From Nitrospirales bacterium (GTDB lineage: Bacteria; Nitrospirota; Nitrospiria; Nitrospirales; UBA8639): a DNA stretch of 64,000 nt. The notes under the pieces are model-generated. The model was given only the letters and a program-made list of their open reading frames with translations. It ran no database searches and was not told where the DNA came from. Location of the stretch: positions 128,001 to 192,000 of the forward strand of contig CBDBCZ010000010.1 in the NCBI GenBank assembly GCA_965203295.1. Direction: 5' to 3'. Positions 37,986 to 50,726 of this stretch are shown here, in pieces (positions within the stretch are counted from its first letter, which is position 1; every line of letters starts with the position of its first letter). The position numbers and the translations under genes were made by a program.

Positions 37986-38300
37986 AACATACCTTTTTTC
38001 GGATCAACCATAGTAGACGGACCAGATACCATAGCGGATGTGGGAAGCCATACAAGTAATGCACGTGAGAGGGCGTGATCACGTGACTGCATAAGAGTGA
38101 TTGGCTACAGGCGTGGTCCATTGGCGAACGATCGAGGTAGCTAGCTAGCTATCTGGTTGAGCAGCAGATTATACTGGCAGCAAGAACGCATCAACAGTAC
38201 AGAACGAAAGAAAACTCAAAAAATACAGGTACCACAGATTTAAAATAAACTATGGTATAGTTATCGACGTAAGTAATGACAAGATGTTTTTAATGTATGC

Positions 38301-39240
38301 CTACACAGGATATCTGAGGGCAATGTCCCGGCACAAACTGTGCATTGCAGCAGATGCAGTTCGCCCATGGTGCTCACGCCACATGAACTCGTCAAGATAC
38401 GAACTCAACATCTGCTCATGACAACCCTTCATCCTCTTGATCTTTGTTTTCACCCTGTTCCAGTATGACTCTACATTTTGAGTATGCACACCAGTTGCTG
38501 GGTTGACAAAGTTATGGAATGATTCACTACCTGATGTTGAGTAACTGGTGTAAGCTGCTGTACCCGATTGTAGGCTGCCCATTCATCACTCCAGACTATT
38601 GTTCCTGGCCGACAATGCTGCTGGATTATTGGGAGAAGCGTGTTTGCATCTCGCCAAGGAACCAACTCAATCACTCCAAGTGCTGGAGTGTGGCTGGTAT
38701 CTACCAGTCCAAATACCCACTTCTGGCCTCGTAGTGGACGCCCCCAATGTTTCTGTAAGATTATACAGATTAGTACATCTGATTACGTGTTTCTGCACTT
38801 TTCAGCTTCATGTACATTTGCGTACCTTAGGATTATGTTTGAACAAGGATTCATCTATCTGGACAACCACACCAGGGCCACCCAGCATCATATGGGAATC
38901 CCGGTTGAGCAGTGTCCAGCTACAAATGTCTCTGAAGTACTGATATGCTTGGATGCTCGTCATTTCAGTCAATTTTTGCTTCCTCTGCAGCAGCGGTTAC
39001 TGGGTATTCCCTACACTACCAGTGCATCAAGACCAATCACTGCTGCAGAGAAAGCTTGGACTTCTCAAAAATGCTCCCGTCTCTTAGACTCCTCGACTTC
39101 CTGCAAGTCGGATCTGGGCACCGCCACCTGCCATGGATACCAGTTACTTGTTACTAATTGTGATATTTTGTTATTTTAGCTGAGTACTTGCGCTTGTCCT
39201 GTACATCACTACGCCAGTCATGTTCAGGTTTGCCATCATA
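38301..39240 (-). pseudogene. Merlin (IS1595/ISXO2-like) DDE transposase, spliced, frameshifted, N-terminus not found
   Basis: WRCPDPTCRK..SLRDGSIFEKSKL, LGGPGVVVQIDESLF, KWVFGLVD, RDANTLLPIIQQHCRPGTIVWSDEWAAY, VNHS.NFVNP.TGVHTQNVESYWNRVK, YLDEFMWRE. Candidate terminus GGATCAACCATAG at 38001. Confidence 0.9.
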
Positions 39241-39249
39241 TTCCTTATC

Positions 39250-39806
39250 CCATGTGGACTGTCCCATGCACACCAAGGAGTCCCAGGGACAGCCCAAGGG
39301 AGTCCCCATGAACTACAGGATGGTCCCAAGGATTCATCTGTCCCAAATTTCCACTTATCCTAAACTTCCACACTGGAGCTTCATCCTGAGAGACACTCTG
39401 AGGATGGTCCATCAAGTCCCCTGGTTTGCGGACAGTCCTAGGGATTTCCCCTATCCCACCACAAGGACCTCAATCCTCACCGTCCATCCTGTCCCCTAGT
39501 CTCTAGGGGACACTGAGGACAGTCCTAGGGATTTCCCCTGTCCCACCACAAGGACCTCGATCCGAACAGTCCACCCTGTCCCCTAGTCTCTAGGGGACAC
39601 TGAGGACAGTCCTAGAATTTCCCCTGTCCCACAACAAGGACCTCAATCCCACAGTCCACCCTGTCCCCTAGTCTCTAGGGGACACTGAGGACAGTCCTAG
39701 GGATTTCCCCTGTCCCACAACAAGGACCTCAATCCCCACAGTCCATCTTGTCCCCAGTCTCTAGGACACTGTGATGATGATCCCCAGGGATTTCTTCTGT
39801 CCCACA
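39250..39806 (+). repeat. Tandem array of 85-87-bp units with internal hairpin
   Basis: GGACAGTCCTAG at 39430, 39517, 39604, 39689; units contain TGTCCCCTAG-TCT-CTAGGGGACA; degenerate related sequence from ~39250. Confidence 0.9.
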
Positions 39807-40535
39807 CAACATAATTCTTTACATGTAACTGCTCACATCTGGAGTTCTGCAGATGATAGGAATTGTAAATCACGGAGAGTAGAGTCACAAAAGAAAAATT
39901 GGAATAATAGATTGCAATGAGGGTATAATCATTGGATAATGCAACATCTGGCCAAAAAAATGAGAATCATTAGTGAAAGTAAATCCAGGACCTGGTTGAG
40001 AAAGGATTGTCATGCGTATGAGTGGATGGCAATCACTTACAACATGAAAGCTGTGTTATATAACTGTTGAAGGTAATGGGAAATGGCCATGGCAGCAGTA
40101 ATAAGATATTGGCCGGAGGTATAAATGCACGTTCACTGGGAAAAAAAACAGCAGGATTGTGAATTACTTTCCCCAGTGTTGGAGTGTTCGATGGACTTGG
40201 GGTGGACTTCTTTCTTGGGCTTGTTCCCACTGGCTGTGGGCATGGTCTCTTGGCATCACTACCACCTTGTGAATCAGCACTATGGATGAAAAATAAATGG
40301 CTCTGGATGCATGTAGGCTAGTAATTGTGCTAATCAGAACTACAGTTTTATTATATAATAAACAGCTTACAGTCCAAGAGAATACATCATTCTTGCTATT
40401 CCTCACTGGTCATACAACTCAAAAGTGCCTCTTTCCTGGCAGTATTAATTAATGAGTTGCTCAATTTTCAGTATATGTTTACAATAGATCACTGCGTAGC
40501 ATGGTGGATGCCCCGTTATCTACTGCGGGAATTAA

Positions 40536-41171
40536 CTCATTGCACGCCGTAATTACGTCACGTGCGTGATGCTCCACGCCACAGTTTCTACAAAAATGGC
40601 GTACTAAAAGTTTTAGTACAGCGTATGGCTATTTTTATGCTTACCAAGTCAAGTATCCAGCGAATTTTCTGTCGTATTTGTTGGAAGACTACCAGCTACA
40701 GCCATTGAAGGCAAAAAGGGCAGCGGATTGGAACCAAGAAGGGATTCAGGATCGATAACACGATACACGGTAAGTTCGACACGGTACTGTGGTCTTGACG
40801 CTCAGGCAGCAAAGATCGACGATCCTGCTGAAGCCCCCGTCTCTCTCCTGAACCAGTTACCATAGTATCTGCCAATGAAGTTGACTACAAAGCCTAACTA
40901 ATTGTGTAGCAGTGTAGGTAGCCGTAGCTAATCGTCTTGATCAGTTGTATATTTTGCCGTGTATATCCGTTCTATTACTGAGTAGACCGACTTTCGGCAC
41001 AGTTACATCACTATTAGTAATCACTGTACTCAATTTTATGGCTAATAAAGGAAGGGGTTGCCCCTCCTGGCCGATAAATGAACTTGCCGTTTCTACGGCC
41101 ACTTTAATGGCCCGTGGCGTAGCGGAAGCGTTACGTAAAGGCCAATAAAGTGGCCCGTGGCGCGCAATGAG
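40536..41171. mobile_element. 636-bp piggyBac-type MITE, family A copy 2
   Basis: TTAA-CTCATTGCACGCC...GGCGCGCAATGAG-TTAA; paralogue of 25868-26503. Confidence 0.92.
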
Positions 41172-42839
41172 TTAAAGTCATCTCCTGAGATAACTTTCCC
41201 AAGGTAGAAAACGGGTTATGCAACCCGCTACACAGTAATCTAGCTATCTTGCACTATGACCCATTAAATGCTGAAGTTTGAATGGTTAGAAGGACTTGGG
41301 TATAGTATAAACATACATTACACCTAGTAAATGCACCAGGTACCATGTAAATACACAATCAGTACCAGCTCAACGCTCACTGTCTTTATTTTGTAAATCA
41401 CATACCGTTCATCAACTGTCACTGTAAGAGACCTGGCATATTCAAGCAGAGATACTTGGTACTTCTCGGCCAACTTCTGTGCTATTGCACTCTTGCCTTC
41501 TGCATCATCGGGCACTTCCACCTTTTCAAACTGCCATGTCTGCAGCATTGGGGATGTACAAACAGTATAGCTCAAATTGCTAAACAGCCTAAAACATGCA
41601 GGGCGGGCTTCTGCTGTTCAAACATAGGCTACAAGCAGACATGATCTAAGCAAAAACAATCACATAGATGCCTGCATATCTGAATATTCATGGCTGTTTT
41701 ACTAAGCCAGTCCCTGTTTTACAAAGGCCGTGGGATAGTGATGATCACTTCCACACTCTACAGCTGTAGGGGAAATACACATTCAGTAACCCACCTACCT
41801 TCACTGATCCCAGAGATCTTTTCCTTACGAGCTTCCCCAAACCATCTTCTTCCAGATTTTTCATAGCCTGGAGACCTCCTTCAACGTTCCCTCTGGAACG
41901 AAACTTCTTTTACCTATTCAGTCGTCAGGTCCAGTACCGTCCCAGGTAAGGTAAGGATCATGGCTTCCGTTGAAATTAACATAACACCTCCAAATACTGC
42001 TGATGTCATGCAGCTGCTGTTCAAAGGGAACTGCAATTAACAGTACCTGTCAAGTGAGGAGAGCAAGGTACAGATTGTAAGTACTTTCTCACTGTAGAGA
42101 ACACATCGTAGGTTTGAATGGGATGGTATACACATAATTACCAAAAATTACAGTGTCAGAATAGCAGTACTCTCAGTGGCCACACATTTCAGAGAACTAA
42201 TAAAGTAGAGCACATAATTATGTCAAATTGTCTTGCCTGCTTCAATTAGTTAAGGTCATCACTAATTTTTCCACGTCCAGTGATGAAGGCAGCACATTTC
42301 GACAAAATCGATGGCTGCTTTCACAGCAGCTTGAAAGTCCGTTGTTGTGGATAGCTCTGTTGTATCCAGGCTGAAGAGCACATGCAAGGCAGCTGCAACT
42401 CACAAAATCTGCCCCATGGATTTACTAAGCATACCTAGAAATTGCAAACACAGCATGGAATAATTTGTTGGATATTTCCAACTCTCAACATGTGTGGGTG
42501 TACTGAAAAAGTGAACGAGTTGTCAAACACTTCAGCTTTCCAATGCAGTTAAAAACTCTAGCCAATTACCTCAAAGCAGGTCATCCACAGCAGCAATTGC
42601 CTCCAATTGTCCCTGCACCTTGTCATACTTCTTGATAAAATTGTCTGATATGAGGTCTTTCTCTTGGGGTAGCTCAAATACATTAACCTCTGGTTGATGT
42701 CCTGGTGGCTTTCTCCTCCACACACTAGCAAGAGTATTCACTGTAACAAAGGCAATTGTTGCACTGTAGCCAATATTCTCCCATAGCTAGACTATTATAT
42801 CATGGCAGCCATACATCAAAGGGACCACCGGCTGTTTAA

Positions 42840-45420
42840 CCCTTTACCGACCAATGACGGCTTTTGCCGTCATTAAATATAGCGTATACTTAAGCGCCTC
42901 GATCTCCACGCGCACACAAAAGGGGGTTCCCCTCTATTGATAATAACATTCCAGAAGTACAGCGCATGAATTTGATTGGCTTCTCGAGGGGGTTTCCGCA
43001 TACAAATTTTTGAGATAATTGACAATGAATAATAGCTGCTAAAAGTAAACGGAAAGGCCATCAATGATTATTGCGGTAGCTGAGACTATTGGATTTGCAG
43101 CTATACAAACCAGTTCTTCTAAGAACTACAGCTACCGTGAAGGCTGTTGTGTGTGCCTAGAGATGGCTAGGTCATTTTTTTCCGGGAGCCAGGTCTGCGA
43201 GATTGTCTGTGGGGATGATGGTGATGAGTACATCTTCTCGGGCAGCGATGATGACTTGGGGATGGACGACCTTGATGACAGCAACCTGGAGGGAGATAGT
43301 GAGTGTGATGAGACCTTGCTCGACACACATGGTAGAGGCTCAGAGAACGTACCTAGTGATGATGAGCCAGTGGAGCAGCCCAGTCCCCTCCCAGGTCCTA
43401 GTGGCTTGCAGCCTTACGCTACCAGGCTACGATCTCGCCAGACAACACCCGCGTCGCCTCCTCTGCTGACACCAGCATCGCCGCCTCTGCTGACACCAGC
43501 ATCGCTGCCTCTGCCACCACCATCTGAGACACGGTCTCGCCAAGGAAGAGGCCAGGTGACTCGACCTGCAGGGGAAGAGAGCCGCAGAATTGAGTGGTCG
43601 AGTGAGCCGTCTAGTGTTGTCGTGCAGCCATTTACGATGGACGTAGGACCAACATTCCAGCTTAGCGCTGTACCAACAGAGGTGTTCCTGCACTTCTTTA
43701 CACCCCAGCTCATTGAACTCATAGTGCAGGAGACGAACCGCTATGCTGCACTGTGCTTGTCTTCCACAGCCGAGGCCGGTAAACCAGTACGAGACTGGAA
43801 GACGAACCCTGAAGAGATAAGGGCATATCTGGGGTTCCATATTTTGATGGGTCTGAACCATCTGCCTGACCTCTACGATTACTGGTCTGTTGACGCTTGC
43901 TATCATTACTTCCCGGTAGCATCGAGAATCTCGAGGAAGAGATTTCTGGAGATACAGCAGTTCCTCCACTCCATCGACAACGCCACCATTGTGCCTCATG
44001 GAGAGTCAGGGTACGACCGTTTGGCCAGGGTACGTCCGGTGATTACCGCCATCAAAGACACCTTCCTCTCCAGCTATCATCCTCACCGAGACAATGCCAT
44101 AGATGAGGCAATGATCAAATTCAAAGGACGGTCTGCGATGAAACAGTTTGTTCCACTAAAACCAACTAAGCGTGGTTTTAAGGTCTGGGTGCGGGCAGAC
44201 AGTGTGATCGGCTACATCTCCGACTTTGATGTCTACACAGGCAAAGAGGGTGCCCCGGAGAAGTACCTTGGGGAGAAGGTGGTGAAAAAGTTGACCCGGC
44301 CTTTGGTTGGTGGCAACTACCACACGTATTGCGACAACTATTTCACCACAGTGGCACTGTTTGAAGACCTTCTGGATGATGGCATCTATGCCTGCGGAAC
44401 ATTCCGCAGGGATCGCCGTGGAATTCCAGAGGCCCTCAAGAAACCAGGTAATTGCTGCCTGCAAATAAAGACAGAGAGTTACAGCTATGTAAACACACCA
44501 CACAAAGTAATCACAGGTGCACTTCCTCTTCACAATGCAAAGCAATAATTATGTCAGGAGAGGACTGGTACTGTAGTGTAAAGGTTAATTAATAGCATTG
44601 CATTACCAAATGAGATAACCATACCCCATATGCATGTATGTATGTACTTGAATTTCATAGAACATACCTTGAAGAGAGGGGAGTCCATCTTTCGCCAGAA
44701 GGGCAATCTGGTGGCCAACATCTGGCAGGATAAGAAGGTCGTGTCGGTGATGTCCACCAACTGCCAGCCCACCGGTCCCACAAAAGTCCGCCGGAAGCAG
44801 AAGGATGGCACCACTGAAATCGTCACATGCCCCCCCAATGTTGTTGAATACAATAAATTCATGGGGGGTGTGGACAGGAGCGATCAACTCCGGGGTTACT
44901 ACAGGGTGCGTACCAAGTCCAGGAAATGCTACCGCTACATTTTTTGGTTCCTGGTGGACTCCTGCATCGTGAATGCCTTCACGATCAGCAAGTACTACTG
45001 CCCCAAAACCGACAGCAGCCGCTAAGTCGTCATCAAAGACTTTCGGCAACAGCTGGCATTAGGCCTCATCGGAGACTACAACACCCGGCAAAGATACGTA
45101 CTGCCAGCATCCATCAGGGCAGCTGCCTGCCACCTCACACCCCCACCAGCTAAACAGCAGCGGAGAACAGTTTCTGGGGAAGGCCATTTCCTCATCAAGG
45201 GGCCAAGTTCACGCTGCCACTGGTGCTGGAACTACAGGAGGCATAGGAGGCATAGGCGCCATGAGTCGACGGTGCACTATAGACTGTGTGGCAAGGCGTT
45301 CTGCCTGGTGCCTCGAGACGGCACACACGGACCATCGTGCTTCGAGCGCTTCCACACTGTAGTTGAGGCCAGTTCCACCTAGCAGACACTTCACAACAGT
45401 TTTCTTTCACATTGTCATGT
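42840..45420 (+). mobile_element. piggyBac transposon 2, right end missing
   Basis: TTAA-CCCTTTACCGACC left end; no matching GGTCGGTAAAGGG-TTAA seen downstream. Confidence 0.85.
43163..45366 (+). pseudogene. piggyBac (PGBD4-like) transposase, one intron (44448-44660), one premature stop at 45023-45025
   Basis: AIDEAM, YCDNYF, GVDRSDQ catalytic triad; the frame continues past TAA through DFRQQLALGLIG to a Cys-rich tail ending SCFERFHT. Confidence 0.92.
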
Positions 45421-47764
45421 TTTATAACCCGGTGCAAGGTTGATTTCCGACTACCAGTAGGCATGCTAATAGTTAGCCACACCAGTACTGGCTCCATCCA
45501 ATCCGTCCCTGGAACGGTGACCACAGCTGGTGAGAGCAGGAAGCCCACAAGGATAAGCAGCCCACCCAATACAGCTGCTGGAGGGACGCTCCAAGCCTTC
45601 CCAATCTGCTGAAGGCCCTTTATATACAGGAGAGAGGGAGACCATGATAACTCAGCAGCATAGCAATTGCTAAAACTTTAGTAGCTACTCACAAAAGCCT
45701 AATAAATCCAAGGACGGATTTATGTGAAGATTCTTACCTCTCTCAAGATTCTGGGATATAACTACCATGCAAGATCCGTTTCCCAGCATTTGTCCAGCCT
45801 GTGTCTTGTTTCTCTGCTTTTATCCAGCCGTGGACTTCCGAAGAACGACATAATGTGCACGAACGTACAGCCACGTGGCTTTTGCACAGCAAATTATTGT
45901 TCGCAGTGCGGACTGCAGTGCAGTCCGAATTATAAAGCACGCGTTTTATGAAGCCACACCCTCGAACGCCTTGAGGGTGTGGTTTCGCCTGACGGCTCCG
46001 CGTGCTGGTGTTAAAGCTGCCGCTGTCGGACTGTCGCTGCAACCTGTTACTAGCGAGTGTGCAGGCCTGTGTATGTGATATCTGTGGTAACACATAGCTA
46101 AGGTGTAGATAACTCCTTCGTTCTAGCTCGGTGATGGAGTTGGTAGCAAGCGAGGTTCGTGATGTAGCAGTAATGAGACGATTGCTGTTTGCCACTGCTT
46201 ACCTTCCCAAGGAGGTACCAAATTATTGGGAAATCATCACCTCTTTTGCCTGTCAAGGCAGCTCAGTATCACTCGATCCGAAAGCTGTGGAAGTGATGAT
46301 GGGAAATCTCCAGCTTCTTAATGAGAAGGCGTTTAATACTAATGCAAGCCTGGCACACGAGTTGATTGACATGGAACCGTGTGCAGATAAAAAACCATTG
46401 GGAGTGATACTAATTTCCCCAAAGGAAAGTGTGTTTCGTGTGGAGGGAAACTATTGCTCCGAGCAGACAGACCTAGCCGACTCACCTTGTATACATTGAA
46501 CATGGGGACTGTACCAGCAACACACTATTACAAGTACTGCCGCAACCAACGCAAAGGATGTAATCTAATGCAACACTACGGGTATCATCGCATTGGAGGG
46601 GAGCAAATACACTATGATGAAGACTGGGCTACATTATCCTACTTTGTCTCCACAGGTGAGTGCATAATTACTCAGTGTGTACATGAGCCTGTGGAGATTC
46701 ATGCGACGTGAGTATGGAATAGAGGGTTGTCGCTTCGGAAGCGATGGCTCAATGCTTCAATGAATAGCAAATTAAACAGCCTAAGACTAGCAATATAAGT
46801 ACACAACTGACATATTAGCAGTAAACACAAAAGGTACATACACCATGACTCAGAACTTAATGATACGGCTCCGTATTAGCCACCCCGGAGTCCCCTACCA
46901 AAGGGGGCCTCCTAATACACATCTAACATGTTTGGCGGTAGTGTCCGGCCACCGACCGGTAAGGAGTCCTACCCCTCCATCATGTCCAGGTTCAACCTCC
47001 CTTGTTCTAGCATGCACCCTAGTTAGTTAACATGCTTGGAGGTCCCTTGGTGGGAGGGGTCTCCCACCCTGCCTGACACTTGTCAACAGAGAGGGGCCCT
47101 CGTTCTGGCCCCTCTCTGGAGGTACTACTTGAACCTAAACCAAATCGCCACCCAGTTGTTTACCCAGTGCCCCTAATGTAGGAGCCTAGCTACGTCGTGA
47201 GGGAGGCGGGAGGGAGAATTCTTTGCTTCAACTGGCTGTCCTCTAGCTCATGGCTCGATTGGCGCCTTGTGCCCTATCGTTGTGCGCATGCGCTACCATG
47301 AGGCCCCGCCTCTCATTAACTTCGGTTAAAACTTCCTCTTAACCTCCAATTAATGATACGGCTCCGTATTAGCCACCCCGGAGTCCCCTACCAAAGGGGG
47401 CCTCCTAATACACATCTAACATGTTTGGCGGTAGTGTCCGGCCACCGACCGGTAAGGAGTCCTACCCCTCCATTATGTCCAGGTTCAACCTCCCTTGTTC
47501 TAGCATGCACCCTAGTTAGTTAACATGCTTGGAGGTCCCTTGGTGGGAGGGGTCTCCCACCCTGCCCAAAGGGGGGAGGGTGCCTGATCATTCCTTGGTC
47601 ACCCTCTCCCCACCTCCGAGATTTCCCTTTTTCTATGACCCCTAGCCATGAGATGTCTCCTTAGCAGTGAAAATGTCAGTATCAATACTTGACCGATATA
47701 ACAACCAATGTCTTTGCAATCATTCTATGTGTCCCCACTCTAGTCCCTGGCGGCTCCTCTTGGT

Positions 47765-48800
47765 TCAAGTTCCTTTTTTCTCCACCAGCTTCCCTGCCAC
47801 CGAACACAGAAGTTCTCGTGGTGTCTTAATGTAGAGTGTATACGCCGCACTTTCCCATCTCCCCAGCGTCTTTATGAGTGAGTCCGGCAGTCCACATGCT
47901 GCTGCCGTTGTGGCTGCCCCGATTCTGAAGCTGTGCCCCGCGAAATTACTGTCGTCCAGTCCTGCTGCTCGTAGGGCTCGCCGGAGCTCTGCCACCAATT
48001 TATCCCTGGTGAGCGGAGAGCCATCACTAAAGCGGAAAAATGGAGCTGGTTTTTCCTGCCCGCTGCAGTTTTTCCCCTGCAGGGTCATGTACGACAGGAT
48101 CGCTGCCACTGGGCAAAGGTCGGTCCCTGTGACTCCTAGGTAGACTGACACACCCTTTCGGAATACATCAGTCTTCGACGCCTTAATCCGTACTTTCAGA
48201 ACGAAGGCTTCACCGTGTTGTCTGCTTTTATATTACCCACACTCAAATGCACCTCTGCATCATACGACTTTTCTGAGGGCACTACTACTTCTCCCGACCT
48301 TAAAAATCCAAAGAAGCAGAGGCACGCTGCTGCCCACAACATTCTGGCATTAAACGAATCCTCCATCCCTTCCCACACCTTCTTCAGTTTCTGTAACACT
48401 GCAGGAGTGATTGGAAAGCGCGGTTTCCTCCTGGGCCCCCCCCCCCCCCCCCCCCGCCTTCTTATTGAATCCTCTCACAATGTAACTTAAGCGTGGCCAC
48501 TCTGCCATCTTCGGGTCTCCTAGCCCCAATGCAATCTGTGAAAACCTAACTGCTGCCAGGTAGGACTTCACTGATCCCCCTGCCAAGCCCTTCCGGTACA
48601 GTGCGGCCACAAACAAGCTAGCTGATTCTTCAGTTGCTGGGAATGGATTCACCCCAACCTCCTTACAAACCCTTACATACTTGTCGCATCCAGACTTGTA
48701 GGACCTAAGTGTTGCTTGAGCTAGTCCCGCATTAAACAACTCCCGAATAGCTGGGCCCAAATTGGAGAAGTCCAGTCGGGCTGCCTCTCCACCAGCAATG
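47765..48800 (-). pseudogene. Ngaro tyrosine recombinase
   Basis: LAQATLRSYKSG, CFFGFLRSGE, LCPVAA, GHSFRIGAATTAA...IKTLGRWESAAYTLY; frameshift at poly-C ~48435. Confidence 0.92.
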
Positions 48801-50374
48801 CCAGCACAGGAGGGGGGATTGGTGTTGGGGACCTGCATGCCTCCGGGACCTGAGAAAAGAACAATGAGATCTTGTCATGTGATATGGCATCTGCCTGTAC
48901 GTTCTCTGTGCCAGGGATATGGGTTGCCTTTACGTCAAATTGAAAAGTGGCTTTAACAAAGAAGAGGCATCTCAAGAGATGCATGATGTGTGGGTCTCTG
49001 GAATAACCCGAATTCAGCACCGCCACCGCAGCCTCGTTATCGCAGTGCACCAACACCACCTTCCGGTACCAAAGTCGTCCCCACACCATACATGCCAGCA
49101 CTACTGGTAACACCTTTTGGGTGATCGGTAGCGACCCAAATGCCATCCCTGCCACCCACTTGAGCTGCAACCAACTCTTTTCCCACCAGGCTCCACACCC
49201 AATCCCCCCCGACGCATCCGTAAAAACCTGCACATCGGGTGAGACACTCTGTGAGCCTCGCATCATGGATACCCCGTTCCAGGACGAAAGGAAAGTATGC
49301 CACCACAGCAAATTCGAACGAAAGGCCTGGTTGAGGCGTATATGGTGCTGACTCTTTGCCGTCGTGCTGACTCTTTGCCGTCATGCTCAATAGCTCAAAC
49401 ATTCTCCGTAAGAATGTCCTCCCTGGTACCACCACCTTGCAGGCATGTTGCAGCTTTCCCACAAGCGACTGGAGGTCCCTTTTTATGCATGACCGCTTGC
49501 CAATCCAGCTCGCCACCAACTGCTTCAGCTCCTGCAATTTCTGATCTGGCAGACGAAGCACCATTTCAGTAGTATCCATCTCAATGCCTAAAAATGTGAG
49601 GACCGTTGCTGGCCCTTCCAGTTTCTCTATGGCAACTGGAATGCTTAATTGATCAAAGGTCGATAGAAGGATCATTAACTGTGCCGAGCATTCTCCCGTC
49701 CCTGGGACCCCTACGATCAAAAAGTCATCCAGGTAATGCATGATGGTGCCAACCCCCTGCTGCTTCGCAATCCACTCCACCGCATCTGCAACCGCATTGA
49801 AAAATTTTGGTGCCGATTGTAATCCAAACGGTAGGGCAGTATCAATATACATGGCACCCTCCCACAACATCCCCAACAGCCACCAATCCTCCTGGTGCAC
49901 TGGGACAATCCGGTAGGCACTGCGGATGTCTACCTTTGCCAGTAATGCCCCCCTACCCTTCTCTCGCACTGCATACACTGCATCGTCCACCGATACATAC
50001 GACAGTGAACAGAGGGACTCCTGAATGCCGTCATTCACGCTATGGCCCTGTGGGGATGACAGGTCCAGGATAAGGCGCCATTTACCCGTGGACCCTTTCG
50101 GGATGACCCCAAAGCGGCTAGTGTGCACCATTGAAAATTGGGATTGGTCCAAAGGGCCCAGAACTCTTCCCTCGGCACATTCTCTAGCCAAATACTCCCT
50201 TATCACCTCCGGTCTCTGCAGTGCTGACTGCATGTTCTTTGTGACCTTTTTACAGGAACTGGTAGTGTATTGATACCCAATCCTAAATCCATTTCGAATG
50301 CCCTGGGTAATGTAGGCGACGAACTCCCGATCTGGGTGACCCCTCAGGCATGCCTTCCATACTGACCACTGCAA
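48721..50374 (-). pseudogene. Ngaro reverse transcriptase / RNase H
   Basis: KWRLILDLS, KVDIRSAYR, LPFGLQSAP, HYLDDF; RNase H FTDASG..GCG, HCDNEAAV, ENVQADAIS; frameshifted by a 19-bp duplication at 49346-49383. Confidence 0.92.
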
Positions 50375-50726
50375 CGGTGAGCTAGATCCCCTTTTTTGTA
50401 GCGGGAGACCCCCTGGGACTTCAGGTCGGCATTTGTCCAGTGCCCCAAGCTGGGCTGTATACCTGTACAGATCTGACCCCGTGGGAGGAGGGGGGGAAGA
50501 GAGAGAAACAAAGGCGTGGGGTCGTAAGTGCTTACTCTACCCTTAGGCCGGGGGGGGGGGGGTGGGGGGGGAGGGAGAGAGGTACCCACCCTTTCCCTAG
50601 GTATTTGTCAGCAGGGAAGGCTGCTGAACCCTTTAATCAAACTGCATAAGTGATACATGTAAACACGGCCTCTATGACTGTCTTCGTGCTAAGTCTGTCC
50701 ACTGTCAGCGAGTCCTCGAAGTTCCT

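Larger units (their letters stand above)
41405..45851 (-). pseudogene. DUF3987/YfjI-like P-loop protein gene, multi-exon, central part lost at the piggyBac 2 insertion
   Basis: ATG 45851; exon with VPGTDWMEPVLVWLTISMPTGSRKSTL (degenerate Walker A); later exons FIKKYDKVQGQLEAIAAVDDLL, GMLSKSMGQIL*VAAALHVLF..AAVKAAIDFVEMC, ILTLPG...AMKNLEEDGLGKL, WQFEKVEVPDD..AQKLAEKYQVSLLEY. Family call from recalled motifs; more 3' exons may extend to ~40030. Confidence 0.65.

Noticed and set aside
39430..39806. Palindromic repeats as a CRISPR array
   Set aside because: Whole units repeat with no unique spacers, no cas genes, eukaryotic context.
40033..40480. Separate gene or helicase fragment
   Set aside because: No diagnostic motif; may be terminal exons of the DUF3987-like gene but unsupported.
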